From an uncultured Methylomirabilota bacterium (GTDB taxonomy: Bacteria > Methylomirabilota > Methylomirabilia > Methylomirabilales > 2-02-FULL-66-22), in assembly GCA_963845565.1 (NCBI GenBank), contig CAWJSJ010000001.1, positions 1,018,064-1,082,063 of the forward strand: a DNA stretch of 64,000 bases, written 5' to 3'. The notes under the pieces were generated by a model. It made no database searches and was not told where the DNA came from. It was given only the letters and a program-made list of their open reading frames with translations. Made by a program: the position numbers and the translations under genes. Below, one piece after another: positions 9,263 through 20,001 of the stretch (the first letter of the stretch is position 1; each line of letters opens with the position of its first letter).

Positions 9263-10297
9263 ATGACGAAGGTTTTCATCCAGGCCCTGGAGGGTCCGCC
9301 GGATGATCTCATCGCCTTCACCGGAAAGAGCGAGCGGGACATCCGGGTGAGATGGCTAGTTGCCAATGAGACGAGTCATGGTGAAAAGGGCCACAGCATG
9401 GATGGCCCCTGGGCCAAGAACACGGACAAGGATGACCACAACGGCGTGTTTTTGAAGCGATCGCAGAATTGGCCATCCGGTGCCATTGGGAATATCGACG
9501 AAGTCCACCTGATCTACATTTCCGACGGGACGCAGTTCCCCAACGAATTTGCCACCGGAAAACTCCACTTCGCCCCATCTCTGACCGACCGAGTGACATT
9601 CGACACACTCTCGAACGACCCCAGTATCGCGGTGCGGTCGTCGGGTAACATCAGCATCTTCTTTCTGGCATTCAGGCTGGAGAAGATCGGCCGAGCGCTC
9701 CGCCGGCAGATCGCCAGCGCCATTGACGTTAACGCACTCGCAGATCTCTGGAGCCAGGCGGCGACTGCGGCTTCCGCCATAATTCCACGGGGAATGCACG
9801 GGCACGATTGGGGCAAGCATGAGAAAGTCCAGGTGAACCCCAGCGTCCCGCCTTTGACGCTTCTCTGCCCGCCTCAAAATACCTTCGCCCATGACCTTGC
9901 GACCAATATCCAGCGGCAATGTGTCCACGCCAAGATCACTGTGGCATTAACCGGGACGTACCGGAATTGGAGAGAGATGACCGAGGCCTGGAAGCAGGGT
10001 CAAGGCGATATGGTCATTGCCTCGTGGCACCACCGCACTTCCCAACCGGACGATCCGGACCGGTACCTGAATGCGCTGTTTCACTCAAGCGGCGGAGCAA
10101 ACTGGGGCAAGTACGGGGCAGTCGATTCGATCCTCAAGAACAAGGAGCACGAGAAGGCGGTCAAGCAGATCAAGTGGGATGTCCCAATCGCCCCCCTCGT
10201 ATACTGGAATCGGTTCTCGGCATATCGGACCGGGCTCGGCCTGGAGTTGGAGGCGGGAGCGTTACCCAAGGACAGGCTCGTGAACGTCAAGATCTAG
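9263..10297 (+). CDS. Divergent, internally shortened family-5 SBP-like protein without signal peptide
   Basis: Shares ALEGPP..SER.IRV.WL, LRRQIASAIDV, LFHSS and LEL.AGALP.D.LV.V with its neighbours but lacks the ~115-aa segment containing RFHDGT. GGAGGG RBS; visibly more AT-rich. Confidence 0.75.
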   Translation: MTKVFIQALEGPPDDLIAFTGKSERDIRVRWLVANETSHGEKGHSMDGPWAKNTDKDDHNGVFLKRSQNWPSGAIGNIDEVHLIYISDGTQFPNEFATGKLHFAPSLTDRVTFDTLSNDPSIAVRSSGNISIFFLAFRLEKIGRALRRQIASAIDVNALADLWSQAATAASAIIPRGMHGHDWGKHEKVQVNPSVPPLTLLCPPQNTFAHDLATNIQRQCVHAKITVALTGTYRNWREMTEAWKQGQGDMVIASWHHRTSQPDDPDRYLNALFHSSGGANWGKYGAVDSILKNKEHEKAVKQIKWDVPIAPLVYWNRFSAYRTGLGLELEAGALPKDRLVNVKI

Positions 10298-10316
10298 CAG
10301 GCGGAATCGTGACGCG

Positions 10317-11756
10317 ATGGACCACACGCGGATATTCGTGTACGCCCTGGAGGGCGAACCGGAGAGCCTGGACCCTGCGGCCAAGCGGTACTCCGAGCGG
10401 GCGATCCGGGTCAAGTGGCTCCTCTTCGACTCGCTCCTGAATATCGGGAACGACGGCCGCCGCCCGGAGCCGGGAATCGCCGAGGCGTGGATCGCGTCGG
10501 ACGGCGGCCGATGCGTGGACATGACGATCCGGCACGGCGTTCGCTTCCACGACGGGACCTCGCTCGACGCCGAGGCGGTCCGCCTCTGCTTCGAGCGGCA
10601 GTTCGCCACCGATCTCCACGACCCGAAGAAGCAGGTGCTCTCCGCCCTGGTGGATGACGTCCAGGTGCGGGATCCGCGGACGGTCGTCCTCCGGTTGAAG
10701 TCCGACGTCTTCGGCTACCTGGCTCGGCGGTATCTCTACAAACTCGGTGTCGTCAGCCCGGATGCCCTGGACAGGCTGGGCGGCGACTTCGCGCGCCACC
10801 CGATCGGCACCGGCCCGTTCATGAACCCGCAATGGCTGACGGATCGCATCGTCCTGTCCAAGAACCCTGACTACTGGGCCGGAACGCCGGCGATCGACGA
10901 GGTCCACTTCCGCTATATTCCCGACGGAAAAGAGGCCCTGGAGCGACTCCTCGCGGGCGAGGTCCACTTCGTCCCGAGCCTGTCGGATCCCGAGGCGATC
11001 CAGCGCGCGCTGGCCGACCCTCGCCTCACGGTCATGGTGGTCCCCGGATTCAACGTGTTCTATCTCGGCCTCCAATGCCGGAAGGCCCCGTTCGACCAGC
11101 CGCTCATGCGCCAGGCCGTCGCCCGGGGAATCGATGTCCACCGGGCGGCGCTCGCCGGCAAAGGGGCCGCCGTGCCGGCCTGCGGCCCGCTCCCGCCGCA
11201 CATGGAGGGTTTCGATCCACTCATCCGCCAGGCACCCCCTGACCCGCGTGCCGCCGCGGCCCTCCTGGCGCAGGCGGGGTACGACGGTCGGCCGATCAGC
11301 TTGATCCACTATGGACCACCCTCCTTCGTCCGGGACCTTGCGCTGGCGGTGGAGCGGGATCTCCGCGGGATCGGCCTCAACCTCACCCGCCGGGAGATGC
11401 CGACCTGGACCGACCTGGTCAAGGCCGCGGCGGAGGGAGAAGGCCATCTCTTCCTGTATAGCTGGCACATGCGGACGGACGACGCCCAGGGCTTCTTGCG
11501 GGCCCTGTTCCACTCCAGCAACATCGGCGTCTCGAACCTCACCGGCTACGCGAATCCGGAGGTCGACCGTCTCCTCGACCTCACCCCACCAGGGGAGTTC
11601 TCGGCCGTCCAGGCGACGATTCTCGCCGAGGCGCCGATGGTCTTCCTCGCGCACTGGACACGAGTCGCGGCTCACGGGGTCCGGGTGAGGAATCTCCGGC
11701 TGAACCTCGGCGTCTTGCCCGAGGACAAGCTGGTCGGCGTGGACCTCGCCCGCTGA
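10317..11756 (+). CDS. Family-5 SBP paralog without signal peptide
   Basis: Starts [21 protein letters not shown]; has [27 protein letters not shown]. Confidence 0.88.
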   Translation: MDHTRIFVYALEGEPESLDPAAKRYSERAIRVKWLLFDSLLNIGNDGRRPEPGIAEAWIASDGGRCVDMTIRHGVRFHDGTSLDAEAVRLCFERQFATDLHDPKKQVLSALVDDVQVRDPRTVVLRLKSDVFGYLARRYLYKLGVVSPDALDRLGGDFARHPIGTGPFMNPQWLTDRIVLSKNPDYWAGTPAIDEVHFRYIPDGKEALERLLAGEVHFVPSLSDPEAIQRALADPRLTVMVVPGFNVFYLGLQCRKAPFDQPLMRQAVARGIDVHRAALAGKGAAVPACGPLPPHMEGFDPLIRQAPPDPRAAAALLAQAGYDGRPISLIHYGPPSFVRDLALAVERDLRGIGLNLTRREMPTWTDLVKAAAEGEGHLFLYSWHMRTDDAQGFLRALFHSSNIGVSNLTGYANPEVDRLLDLTPPGEFSAVQATILAEAPMVFLAHWTRVAAHGVRVRNLRLNLGVLPEDKLVGVDLAR

Positions 11757-11767
11757 CCCGCGCACGG

Positions 11768-13915
11768 GTGGATACGGTGACCCGGACTCTGGCCGCGCAA
11801 CGCATCATTCGTCGCTACCGGGACTTGAGCCTCCGAGCCAAGTTCGCCATCTACATCGCGCTCTCCATCGGACTCCTCTTCGCGGTCCTCCTGCCGAGCG
11901 TGCTCCACCTCGAGCGGCGCGCCGTGCTGGCCGAGGCGGAGGAGCGAGGACTGCAACTCACCAAGATCTTCGCCCACGCCAGCGTCCAGGCCCTGATCAC
12001 CGACGACTTCCTCCTCATGCGGCCTCTGGTCCACAGTGTCGCCAGTGAGCGCGCCGTTATCGTTGTCATGATCCTCGACCGCACCGGCAGGGTCGTCACC
12101 CACAGCGATATCAGGGAGGTCGAGCAGATCTACACCGACGCCGTGACCACCCGCGCCCTTCGCGCCACGCGGCCCCTCGTCCAGGAGATCATCCACAACG
12201 GAATTCCGGCCTACGACGTGGCTGTCCCGATCTTCGTCCTCAACGACCGCCGCGCGGTGGCCCGCGTGGGAATCTCCCTGGCGCGGGAATTGGCCGCCAT
12301 CCGGCAGACGCGCAATCTCATCCTCGGCGTGGGCATGATCGCCCTGACCGTCGGTTTGCTGTCGGCCATGTGGTTGGCCCGCGGCATCACCGAGCCGATC
12401 CGCCGCCTCGTGCAAGGGTCCCGGGCCATCGCCGCGGGCCGCTTGGAGTACCGCATGTCGGCGACCTCCGGGGGCGAGATCGGCCACCTCGCGGACGCGT
12501 TCAACGGGATGGCCGAATCCCTCCAGGTCCGGTTCCAGCTCGACCGGGAGCTGTCCTCGACGCTGAACCTCCAGACGGTCCTCGACACCCTGGTGTATCA
12601 TGCCCGGCGGCTCGTCCGCGGCGATCTTGCCTTTCTGGCCTGCTGCTACGAGCGCGACAAGCCTGGCGCTGTCGTCGCGCTCGTGGGTGTCTCGGGAGAC
12701 GCCATCCGGACCTGGGCGATCCAGCCGGGCAGCGGATGGACCGGGACGGTTCTCGCGGAGAGCCGCCCGGCGATCCTGTGTCCGGCCACGCCCAAGGATG
12801 ACCCGATCGAAGCCCGGGTCGTCTCCGAGGAGCGCATCCAGGCCCTGGTCCTGATCCCGGTTCGCGTCCGAGGCCGCTGCCTGGGCGTCCTGGCGGTGGG
12901 CCGATGGCACCGTAATCCGTTCTCCCCGGAAACGCAGGAGGTCCTGGAGCGGCTGGCCGACGAGGCCGCCGTGGCCCTGGCCAACGCCCTGGCCTACCGG
13001 GAGATCGAGGCGCTCACCCAGAGTCTGGAGGTCAAGGTCATTCAACGGACCCTGCAGCTCTCCGACGCCAATACCGCGCTGGAGACCGCCAACGCCAAGC
13101 TCCAGGAGCTGGATCGCTTGAAGTCGGAGTTCGTGTCGAACGTCTCTCACGAGCTTCGCACCCCCCTCACCGCCATCCGGATGTCGGTGGACAACCTCAT
13201 GGACGGCGTCGCCGGGGAGATCGGCGAGTTCCTCCGCAATTATCTGGAGCGCATCCGCGCCAACACCGAGCGACTCGCGCGCCTCATCGCCGATCTCCTG
13301 GATCTGTCCCGGATCGAAGCCGGCCGGATCGAATTCCGACCCGAGGCGGTGCGCGTGGCGGACCTCGTCCGAGACGTCCTCGACGGTCTGCAACCGGTCG
13401 CCGCGGGGAAGCGACTCGAACTCGCGGCGGCGACCCCGGATCGCTCCCTGCACGTCCTCGCCGATCGCGACCGGACCCACCAGATCCTGACGAACCTGGT
13501 GGGAAACGCCCTGAAGTTCACCCCAGCGGGCGGCTCCGTGCGCGTCGCCGCCCGCCGCGTCGAACAGTCAACTGGTCAAGATGTCGATCCGTCTGAACCA
13601 ATCGACCGATTAACGAGTGGACAAGTTGACCCGCCCACAGGGTGGGCCGAGATCGTCGTCGAGGATACCGGCGAGGGAATTCCTTCCGACCAGCTTCGGG
13701 CCGTCTTCGAGAAATTCCATCAGGTTCGACGGGGCGGAACGAGCAAGGCGCCTGGCACCGGACTCGGCCTCGCCATCGCCAAGAGTCTCGTGGAGCTTCA
13801 GGGGGGGCGTATCCGGGTGGAGAGCGAGGTCGGCCGGGGAAGCCGGTTCGCGTTCACGCTCCCCGCCGCGGACGTGTCGGTTCCTGCGGCAACCCGTGCC
13901 GCCCAGGGGTACTGA
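11768..13915 (+). CDS. Membrane sensor histidine kinase (TM-periplasmic domain-TM-HAMP-GAF-HisKA-HATPase)
   Basis: Two TM helices, [19 protein letters not shown] ([14 protein letters not shown]), SHELRTPL H-box, [22 protein letters not shown]. Confidence 0.93.
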   Translation: MDTVTRTLAAQRIIRRYRDLSLRAKFAIYIALSIGLLFAVLLPSVLHLERRAVLAEAEERGLQLTKIFAHASVQALITDDFLLMRPLVHSVASERAVIVVMILDRTGRVVTHSDIREVEQIYTDAVTTRALRATRPLVQEIIHNGIPAYDVAVPIFVLNDRRAVARVGISLARELAAIRQTRNLILGVGMIALTVGLLSAMWLARGITEPIRRLVQGSRAIAAGRLEYRMSATSGGEIGHLADAFNGMAESLQVRFQLDRELSSTLNLQTVLDTLVYHARRLVRGDLAFLACCYERDKPGAVVALVGVSGDAIRTWAIQPGSGWTGTVLAESRPAILCPATPKDDPIEARVVSEERIQALVLIPVRVRGRCLGVLAVGRWHRNPFSPETQEVLERLADEAAVALANALAYREIEALTQSLEVKVIQRTLQLSDANTALETANAKLQELDRLKSEFVSNVSHELRTPLTAIRMSVDNLMDGVAGEIGEFLRNYLERIRANTERLARLIADLLDLSRIEAGRIEFRPEAVRVADLVRDVLDGLQPVAAGKRLELAAATPDRSLHVLADRDRTHQILTNLVGNALKFTPAGGSVRVAARRVEQSTGQDVDPSEPIDRLTSGQVDPPTGWAEIVVEDTGEGIPSDQLRAVFEKFHQVRRGGTSKAPGTGLGLAIAKSLVELQGGRIRVESEVGRGSRFAFTLPAADVSVPAATRAAQGY

Positions 13916-13917
13916 CC

Positions 13918-15282
13918 ATGTCCAACCTTCGACAGCACCGCGTCCTGGTGGTGGACGACGATCCCGATCTCCTGGATCTGCTTGCGGACCGCCTCCGTCT
14001 CATGCGGTTCGAGGTGGAGTGCGCCGACGACGGCGAGAAAGCCCTCCGGATCCTTCGCCAGGAACCGGCGCCCATCACGCTGCTCGACCTCCAGTTGCCG
14101 GGCATGAGTGGCCTGGAAGTCCTGGAGCGTATCCGGCGCGAAGGGATCGACACCACGGTGATCGTCATCACCGCCTGGGGAACCGCCCAGCGTGCCGTCG
14201 ACGCCATGCGGGCGGGAGCCTACGACTTCATCCCCAAACCGCTGGATCCCGCGCATCTCGAGGTGGTGATCAACAAGGCGCTGGAGCGCCACACCCTCCG
14301 CGCGGAGAACACGCGCCTCCAGACGGAGTTGAGCAGCCTGGAGCGGCCCCTCATCGGCCAGAGCCCCGCCATTCTGGAGGTCATCCGGATCGCCCAGCAG
14401 GCCGCGGCCAGCAACGCCACCATCCTGATCCGCGGGGAGAGCGGCACCGGCAAGGAGATACTCGCGCGGGCCATTCACCGGTGGAGCGAGCGGCGCCTTC
14501 GCCCCTTGGTGACTGTCAATTGCGTGGCGTTGTCCGAAGAACTCCTGGAAAGCGAGCTGTTCGGCCACGAGAAGGGGGCCTTCACGGGCGCCCACCAGCT
14601 CAAGCGGGGCAAGGTGGAGGTGGCGGAGGGCGGCACGCTCTTTCTCGACGAGATCGGGGACATCCGCCCTGCCCTCCAGGCCAAGCTGCTTCGACTCCTG
14701 CAGGAACAGGAGTTCGAACGCGTGGGCGGGATCCGGCCCATACGGGTGGATGTTCGCTTCATCGCGGCGACCAACACCGACCTGGAAGGCCTCCTGAGGC
14801 GGGGGGCGTTCCGGCAGGACCTGTACTACCGCCTCAAAGTCGTCACGGTCATCCTCCCGCCGCTCCGCGCCCGGAAGGACGACCTGGCGTTTCTCACCCG
14901 CCATTTCATCGAGAAATACAGCGCCGAGCTGAAGCGCCCGCCGAAACCGGTGTCGCCCGAGGCGGCGGCGCTCCTCGCCCACTACGACTGGCCGGGCAAC
15001 GTCCGCGAGCTGGAGAACGCCATCGAGCGCGCGGTCACGCTGTCCACCGATTCCGAGATCGGACCGCACGACCTCCCCATCCTCGAGCCCACGGAGGATC
15101 GTGCCGCGGATCGCGCCGGCGGCGGGACGTACCACGACGCCGTATTGCAGTTCAAGCGGCAACTCCTCCAGGACACCCTGACCAGGGCCAATGGGAATCA
15201 GACGCGCGCTGCCGAGGCGCTCGGCCTCCAGCGCACCTACCTGGCGCGACTGTTCAAGGAATACGGCATCAACACCCAGTGA
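13918..15282 (+). CDS. Sigma54-dependent response regulator (NtrC/AtoC family)
   Basis: VLVVDDD receiver, GESGTGKE, ELFGHEKGAFTGA, WPGNVRELEN, C-terminal Fis-type HTH. Confidence 0.95.
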   Translation: MSNLRQHRVLVVDDDPDLLDLLADRLRLMRFEVECADDGEKALRILRQEPAPITLLDLQLPGMSGLEVLERIRREGIDTTVIVITAWGTAQRAVDAMRAGAYDFIPKPLDPAHLEVVINKALERHTLRAENTRLQTELSSLERPLIGQSPAILEVIRIAQQAAASNATILIRGESGTGKEILARAIHRWSERRLRPLVTVNCVALSEELLESELFGHEKGAFTGAHQLKRGKVEVAEGGTLFLDEIGDIRPALQAKLLRLLQEQEFERVGGIRPIRVDVRFIAATNTDLEGLLRRGAFRQDLYYRLKVVTVILPPLRARKDDLAFLTRHFIEKYSAELKRPPKPVSPEAAALLAHYDWPGNVRELENAIERAVTLSTDSEIGPHDLPILEPTEDRAADRAGGGTYHDAVLQFKRQLLQDTLTRANGNQTRAAEALGLQRTYLARLFKEYGINTQ

Positions 15283-15355
15283 GTCCGCGCGCCCCGCGTC
15301 GGTCACTTCCGCCACAGAGTCCCAGCCAATCCCCTACCTGGTGCCACACACAGGC

Positions 15356-15372
15356 AGATACAGACCGTATCT
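15356..15372. promoter_or_regulatory. Candidate enhancer (UAS) palindrome
   Basis: AGATAC-N5-GTATCT about 100 bp upstream of the sigma54 -24 box. Confidence 0.4.
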
Positions 15373-15469
15373 CTTTCCATACACTTCCCACGCGTGACGG
15401 TGAGGGGCCCGATTGGACCTACCCGAGACATTCCCGATAGTTATCGGACCCACCGACTGCGTCGATGAT

Positions 15470-15485
15470 CGGCACGCGTCCTGCT
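15470..15485 (+). promoter_or_regulatory. Sigma54 (-24/-12) promoter
   Basis: CGGCACGCGTCCTGCT = GG-N10-GC with GGCACG and TGC, ~70 nt before ATG 15552. Confidence 0.7.
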
Positions 15486-15551
15486 CTCCCCTCATGGCAG
15501 GTAATCCTGCGAACGCCGCACCGGGTGCGAAGACCCGAGGAGGAAGCAGCC

Positions 15552-16046
15552 ATGAAGCTCGCAACTGTCGGTCTGGCCACCATCCTGGCGCTCATCGGCC
15601 TCGTTCTTGTTCTGACGGCCCTCGGTCCAGCGCAACCGGTTCTTTCCCCCGACACCCGTGTCGCTCAGCCGGCCAAAAACGTCCCGCCCGAGGTGGCGAG
15701 TCTCGCCGGCGTCTGGGAAGGCGCGCGAGGTCAAGTCTTCCCGAGCCGTATCGTGGTGGAGAAGGTCCATCCGGAGTGGGCCAACATCCTCTACGCGTGG
15801 GAGGACGATCCAAACGGACGGTTCCAGGCGGGATGGGTCCGGACGCGCGCCAAGGTTCTTCCGGGCGGCAAGCTGCACTGGCGGCATCCGGGCGATTTCA
15901 CGTTCGAACTGTCCGAGGATTACACCGCACTCGTGGGCAAGAAGGACCAAGCGGGCCGGACCATCACGTTCGTGCTGCATCGCAGCGGACCGCTCCTCGC
16001 CTCGGTCAGCGCGGACCGCTTGCCCCTGCCCGGCTCGCCGGAATGA
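15552..16046 (+). CDS. Hypothetical exported or membrane-anchored protein (164 aa)
   Basis: GGAGGA RBS; hydrophobic N-terminus MKLATVGLATILALIGLVLVLTALG; beta-strand-like body (LAGVWEG). Confidence 0.75.
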   Translation: MKLATVGLATILALIGLVLVLTALGPAQPVLSPDTRVAQPAKNVPPEVASLAGVWEGARGQVFPSRIVVEKVHPEWANILYAWEDDPNGRFQAGWVRTRAKVLPGGKLHWRHPGDFTFELSEDYTALVGKKDQAGRTITFVLHRSGPLLASVSADRLPLPGSPE

Positions 16047-16168
16047 CCCACCACACGGGATCCGGGCCGTGACCGGGCGTGTCCCCGGCCCGGGTCCCTG
16101 CGTGTCGTCTTGCGCCACCCACCGCGCCCCCGCACATCCGGAACCACACACAATCTCCGTCCCGGCAC

Positions 16169-16196
16169 TTGACACGGCGTGCGGTCCGCATATCGT
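16169..16196 (+). promoter_or_regulatory. Putative sigma70 promoter of the M24 peptidase gene
   Basis: TTGACA-N16-TATCGT. Confidence 0.45.
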
Positions 16197-16284
16197 AGCG
16201 GGGCGAACTCCGGCGGGCGACAACCCTCCGGGGACCCCGGTGTGATCATCCCCGGCACCACGCACCCCACAGAAAGGAAACGTC

Positions 16285-17391
16285 ATGACCAGACTCGAGG
16301 AGATCCGAGAAAAGGAAGCGCGCCTGCGGGGACTGATGAAGACCAAAGGGCTGGCCGCGGTGCTCCTCAAGCGCCAGGCGAACTTTTCTTGGTTGACCGC
16401 CGGCGGGATCAACCTCATCGGCATCGCCACCGAGATGGGCGGCACGTCCATCCTGGTCACCGAGGACGCCAAGTTTGTCCTCACCACCAACGTCGAGGCC
16501 CCGCGCATGATCGAGGAGGAAGGGGTCGAGACACTCGGGTTCCAGGTCAAGACCTTCAACTGGTGGGATGATCAGGAGGCGGCCATCGTCACGGAACTCG
16601 CCGGCGGCGCGCCGGTGGGTTGCGATGTCCCGTTCCCGAACAGCGCTGCCGTGAACGAGGATGTGGTCCGCCTTCGCTACTCCCTCACCCCCAGCGAGAT
16701 CGAGCGCTACCGCTGGCTGGGCGAGAAAACCTCCCGTGCCGCCGAGCAGATCCTGATGGAGACCCGGCAGGGGGAGAAGGAGTGCGCGGTCATCGGCCGA
16801 CTTTCGGCCGAACTCTGGAAGGACCGGATCGACCCGATCGGGGTCATGGGCGCGGCCGACGACCGCATCCGGCGCTTCCGCCACAGCATCCCGATGGAAC
16901 AACCCATTGACCGGATCTTCATGCTCTCGGTGAACGCCCGCAAGGGCGGCCTGGTCGTGTGCCTCACCCGCTTCGTCCACTTCGGGACGCTGTCGGATGC
17001 TCTGCGCAGACAGTACGAGGCCACCGTGTACGTGGACTGCACGCTGATGGCCAACACCCGCCCGGGGACCCCCGCGAAGGAGGTGTTCCAGAAGGCCATC
17101 GCAGCCTACGCCGAGAAGGGCTACCCCGCGGAATGGAAGCTCCACCACCAGGGCGGCCCCATCGGGTATCAACCGCGTGACTATCGGGCCCATTTCACCA
17201 CGCCGGACGTCATTGCCCCGAATCAGCCGTTCTGCTGGAACCCGTCCATCACCGGGACCAAGTCCGAGGACACGATCCTGGCCACGGTGGATGGCCCCGA
17301 GCCGATCACGCGACCCATCCTCTTCCCCACGCTGACCATGGAGGTGGGCGGGATGCGGTTCACGCGGCCGGCGATTCTGGAGAAGGGGTAG
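16285..17391 (+). CDS. M24-family metallopeptidase (Xaa-Pro aminopeptidase/creatinase-like)
   Basis: Creatinase-like N-domain; EWKLHHQGG, WNPSITGTKSEDT. Confidence 0.85.
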   Translation: MTRLEEIREKEARLRGLMKTKGLAAVLLKRQANFSWLTAGGINLIGIATEMGGTSILVTEDAKFVLTTNVEAPRMIEEEGVETLGFQVKTFNWWDDQEAAIVTELAGGAPVGCDVPFPNSAAVNEDVVRLRYSLTPSEIERYRWLGEKTSRAAEQILMETRQGEKECAVIGRLSAELWKDRIDPIGVMGAADDRIRRFRHSIPMEQPIDRIFMLSVNARKGGLVVCLTRFVHFGTLSDALRRQYEATVYVDCTLMANTRPGTPAKEVFQKAIAAYAEKGYPAEWKLHHQGGPIGYQPRDYRAHFTTPDVIAPNQPFCWNPSITGTKSEDTILATVDGPEPITRPILFPTLTMEVGGMRFTRPAILEKG

Positions 17392-17394
17392 GCG

Positions 17395-17430
17395 AGCGGG
17401 CAGCGGGCAGTAACAGCGGTCAGCGGGCAG
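17395..17430. repeat. Heptamer tandem repeat (AGCGGGC-type)
   Basis: AGCGGGC AGCGGGC AGTAAC AGCGGTC AGCGGGC right after the peptidase stop codon. Confidence 0.6.
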
Positions 17431-17565
17431 TCGAGGAGTGAAGAGGGCGCTGAACAGCCTCAGCCGGAAGAGGGCGATCCGAACGTCGAGCTCGGCGCGG
17501 CGTACCGGATCCATCGGGTGATCCTTCGACAGGGGAGAGGAAAAACCTGGCGGCGAACGAAGCGG

Positions 17566-18504
17566 CTACAATCCAAGTTTCCGCAGCACCTCTTCAACCG
17601 CGGTATAGGGGTCGGTTTCCCGCGCGGCGATCCGGTCGACCAGGGGGTCCAGTCCGGCGCCACGCGACAGGCTGTCCAACGCGCGTGCCGTCAACCGCTC
17701 CTGGAGGAGCCCTCGAAATACCCACCGCGTCCGCTCGCGGCCCTTGCGGCGATGCCCCTCCTCCTCGAAGAGGAACTCGCGGTGCCCCAGGATGCCCTGC
17801 GTCAGGGCGTCGATCCCCTCCCCCCGGGACGCCACGGTCTTGAAGATCTTGGGACGCCAGCCGTCGTCCGACTCCCCGTGCTCCAGCATCATCTCGATTT
17901 CGAGAACGGTCCGGTCGGCCCCGTCCCGATCGGCCTTGTTCACCACGAAGACGTCCCCGATCTCCATGATCCCGGCCTTGATCACCTGGATCTCGTCGCC
18001 CAAGCCCGGCACCGCAACGACGATGGTCGTGTGGGCCGTCCGGACGATCTCGATCTCGGCTTGCCCCACGCCCACCGTCTCGATGAGGATATATTCCTTC
18101 CCCATCGCGTCCAGCACGTCCACCACGTCGTTCGTCGAGCGCGACAGGCCGCCCAGGTGCCCCCGGGTCGCCATGCTGCGGATGAAGACCCCCTCGTCCA
18201 GGCTGTGCCGCTGCATCCGGATGCGATCGCCCAGGATCGCCCCGCCGGTGAAGGGGCTGGTCGGGTCCACCGCGATGATTCCCACCGTCTTGCCCAACTG
18301 GCGGAGCTCGGCGGTAATACGATCCGTGAGCGTACTCTTCCCCGAGCCGGGCGGACCCGTGATGCCGATCACGTAACCGCGGCCCGTGTGAGGATAGATC
18401 GCCTTGAGCGCCGCCACCGCCTCCGCGGTCCCGTTCTCGACCATGGTGATCAAGCGGGCGGCCGCGCGCGGATCGCCGTGCAGGATGCGTTCGATCAATT
18501 CCAT
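17566..18504 (-). CDS. meaB: Acyl-CoA mutase-associated GTPase MeaB
   Basis: GITGPPGSGKST, AVDPTSPFTGGAILGDRIRM, ETVGVGQ, KAGIMEIGD, NKAD. Confidence 0.95.
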   Translation of the reverse strand: MELIERILHGDPRAAARLITMVENGTAEAVAALKAIYPHTGRGYVIGITGPPGSGKSTLTDRITAELRQLGKTVGIIAVDPTSPFTGGAILGDRIRMQRHSLDEGVFIRSMATRGHLGGLSRSTNDVVDVLDAMGKEYILIETVGVGQAEIEIVRTAHTTIVVAVPGLGDEIQVIKAGIMEIGDVFVVNKADRDGADRTVLEIEMMLEHGESDDGWRPKIFKTVASRGEGIDALTQGILGHREFLFEEEGHRRKGRERTRWVFRGLLQERLTARALDSLSRGAGLDPLVDRIAARETDPYTAVEEVLRKLGL

Positions 18505-18697
18505 CAGCTCGACTCGCTCGTCAGGGTGCAAGATTTACGGGTCAAGGTACCACGGACGAAAACGACCCGTCCACGACAAACCGCCCCGTTCTCCTGTCCT
18601 GGTCGTTCGCAGAGATGCGACCATCGCCTGCCGAAAAAAAGAACCGGGAGGCGATACCTCCCGCCTCCCGGTCGCGTCGCCGCCAATATCGAACGCG

Positions 18698-20001
18698 TCA
18701 GATGAACTTCGGCATGATCAGTTTCGGGATGAACAGCACCGTCTGCGGGAAGAGAATCACCAGGAGCAACGCGATGAGCATCGGGAACAGAATGATCAGC
18801 ACATCCTTGAGTACATGCCCCACCGTGGTCCGGGCGATGGCCACGTCGATCAGGAGGCATAGCCCGTACGGAGGGGTGACCAGGCCGAAGGCCAGCGAGA
18901 TGACCCCGATGATCCCGAAGTGGACCGGATGCATGCCCACACTCTGCGCCAGCGGCGCCAGGAGCGGCGCGATGATGATGATCGCCGGGACCGCGTCGAT
19001 GAAGCAGCCGATGAAGAGGAACGCCGCCGCCTCGATGAGGCCCACGCTGGTGATCCCCACCCCGTACTGCGAGAGGGTCGCCACCACCAGTCTTGGGGAG
19101 CTGATAGTACGCCATCACCCACCCAAACGCCGACGCCGTCCCGATGCAGAACAGGGAAATCGAAGCCAGACGGGTGGTGTTGTACAGAACGTCCTTGATC
19201 TCCTTGATGCCCATCGAGCGGTGAATCGCCAACCCGACTCCGAACGAATAGAGCACCGCGACCACGGCCGCTTCGGTCGGCGTGACAAACCCGCCCACCA
19301 CGCCGCCGATGATGATGATCGGGGTCATCAGGGCTGCCAGGGCGCGCCCACAGGGATCGACCGAATTCCTTCAGCGTCGCCCGGGCATAGACCGGGTAGT
19401 TGCGCCGCTTGGCGTAGAAGTAGACCGCGGCCATCTGCGAGAGCCCCACCATGATGCCGGGAATGAAGCCGCCCAGAAACAGTGCCCCGACGGAGGCGTA
19501 CAGGACGCCGCCCCAGACGATCATGAGGATGCTCGGCGGGATGATGACGCCGATGACCGACGAACAGGCCGTGATCGCCACGGTGAAGGAGGTGTCGTAG
19601 CCCTGCTTCTTCATCGCCGGAATGATGAGGGAGCCTTCGCCGGCGGCATCGGCCGTGGAGGAACCGGAGATCCCGGCAAAGATCATGCTGACGACGACGT
19701 TGATGTACGCCAGGCCGCCACGGAATTGCCCCACCAGGCAGTGGGTCAGGTCCACCAGCCGATCGGTGATCCCCGCCGAGTTCATGATGTTGGCGGACAG
19801 CAGGAAGAACGGCACCGCCAGCAGGATGAAGGCGTTGTACGCCTTGGTCATCTCCCCCATCATGAGGACGGGGGTGAGCCGCGGGTTGAACGCCATGATG
19901 GGGAGGCAGGCCAGCCCCAGCGCAAAGGCCACCGGGACCCGGAGAATGATCAGAACCCCGAAGGTGCCGAAGAGGATGAGCGCGACTTCACCGGGCGACA
20001 T
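18698..20001 (-). pseudogene. dctM: TRAP transporter large permease DctM, two frameshifts
   Basis: LLAVPFF, FAGISGSSTAD, IIPPSI in frame 1; TPTEAA in frame 2 (break ~19350); HPVHFG, TPPYG in frame 3 (break ~19090). May be assembly error. Confidence 0.85.

Noticed and set aside
7545..11756. SBP paralogs as diversity-generating retroelement targets
   Set aside because: No reverse transcriptase and no near-identical TR/VR pair differing at adenines was seen.
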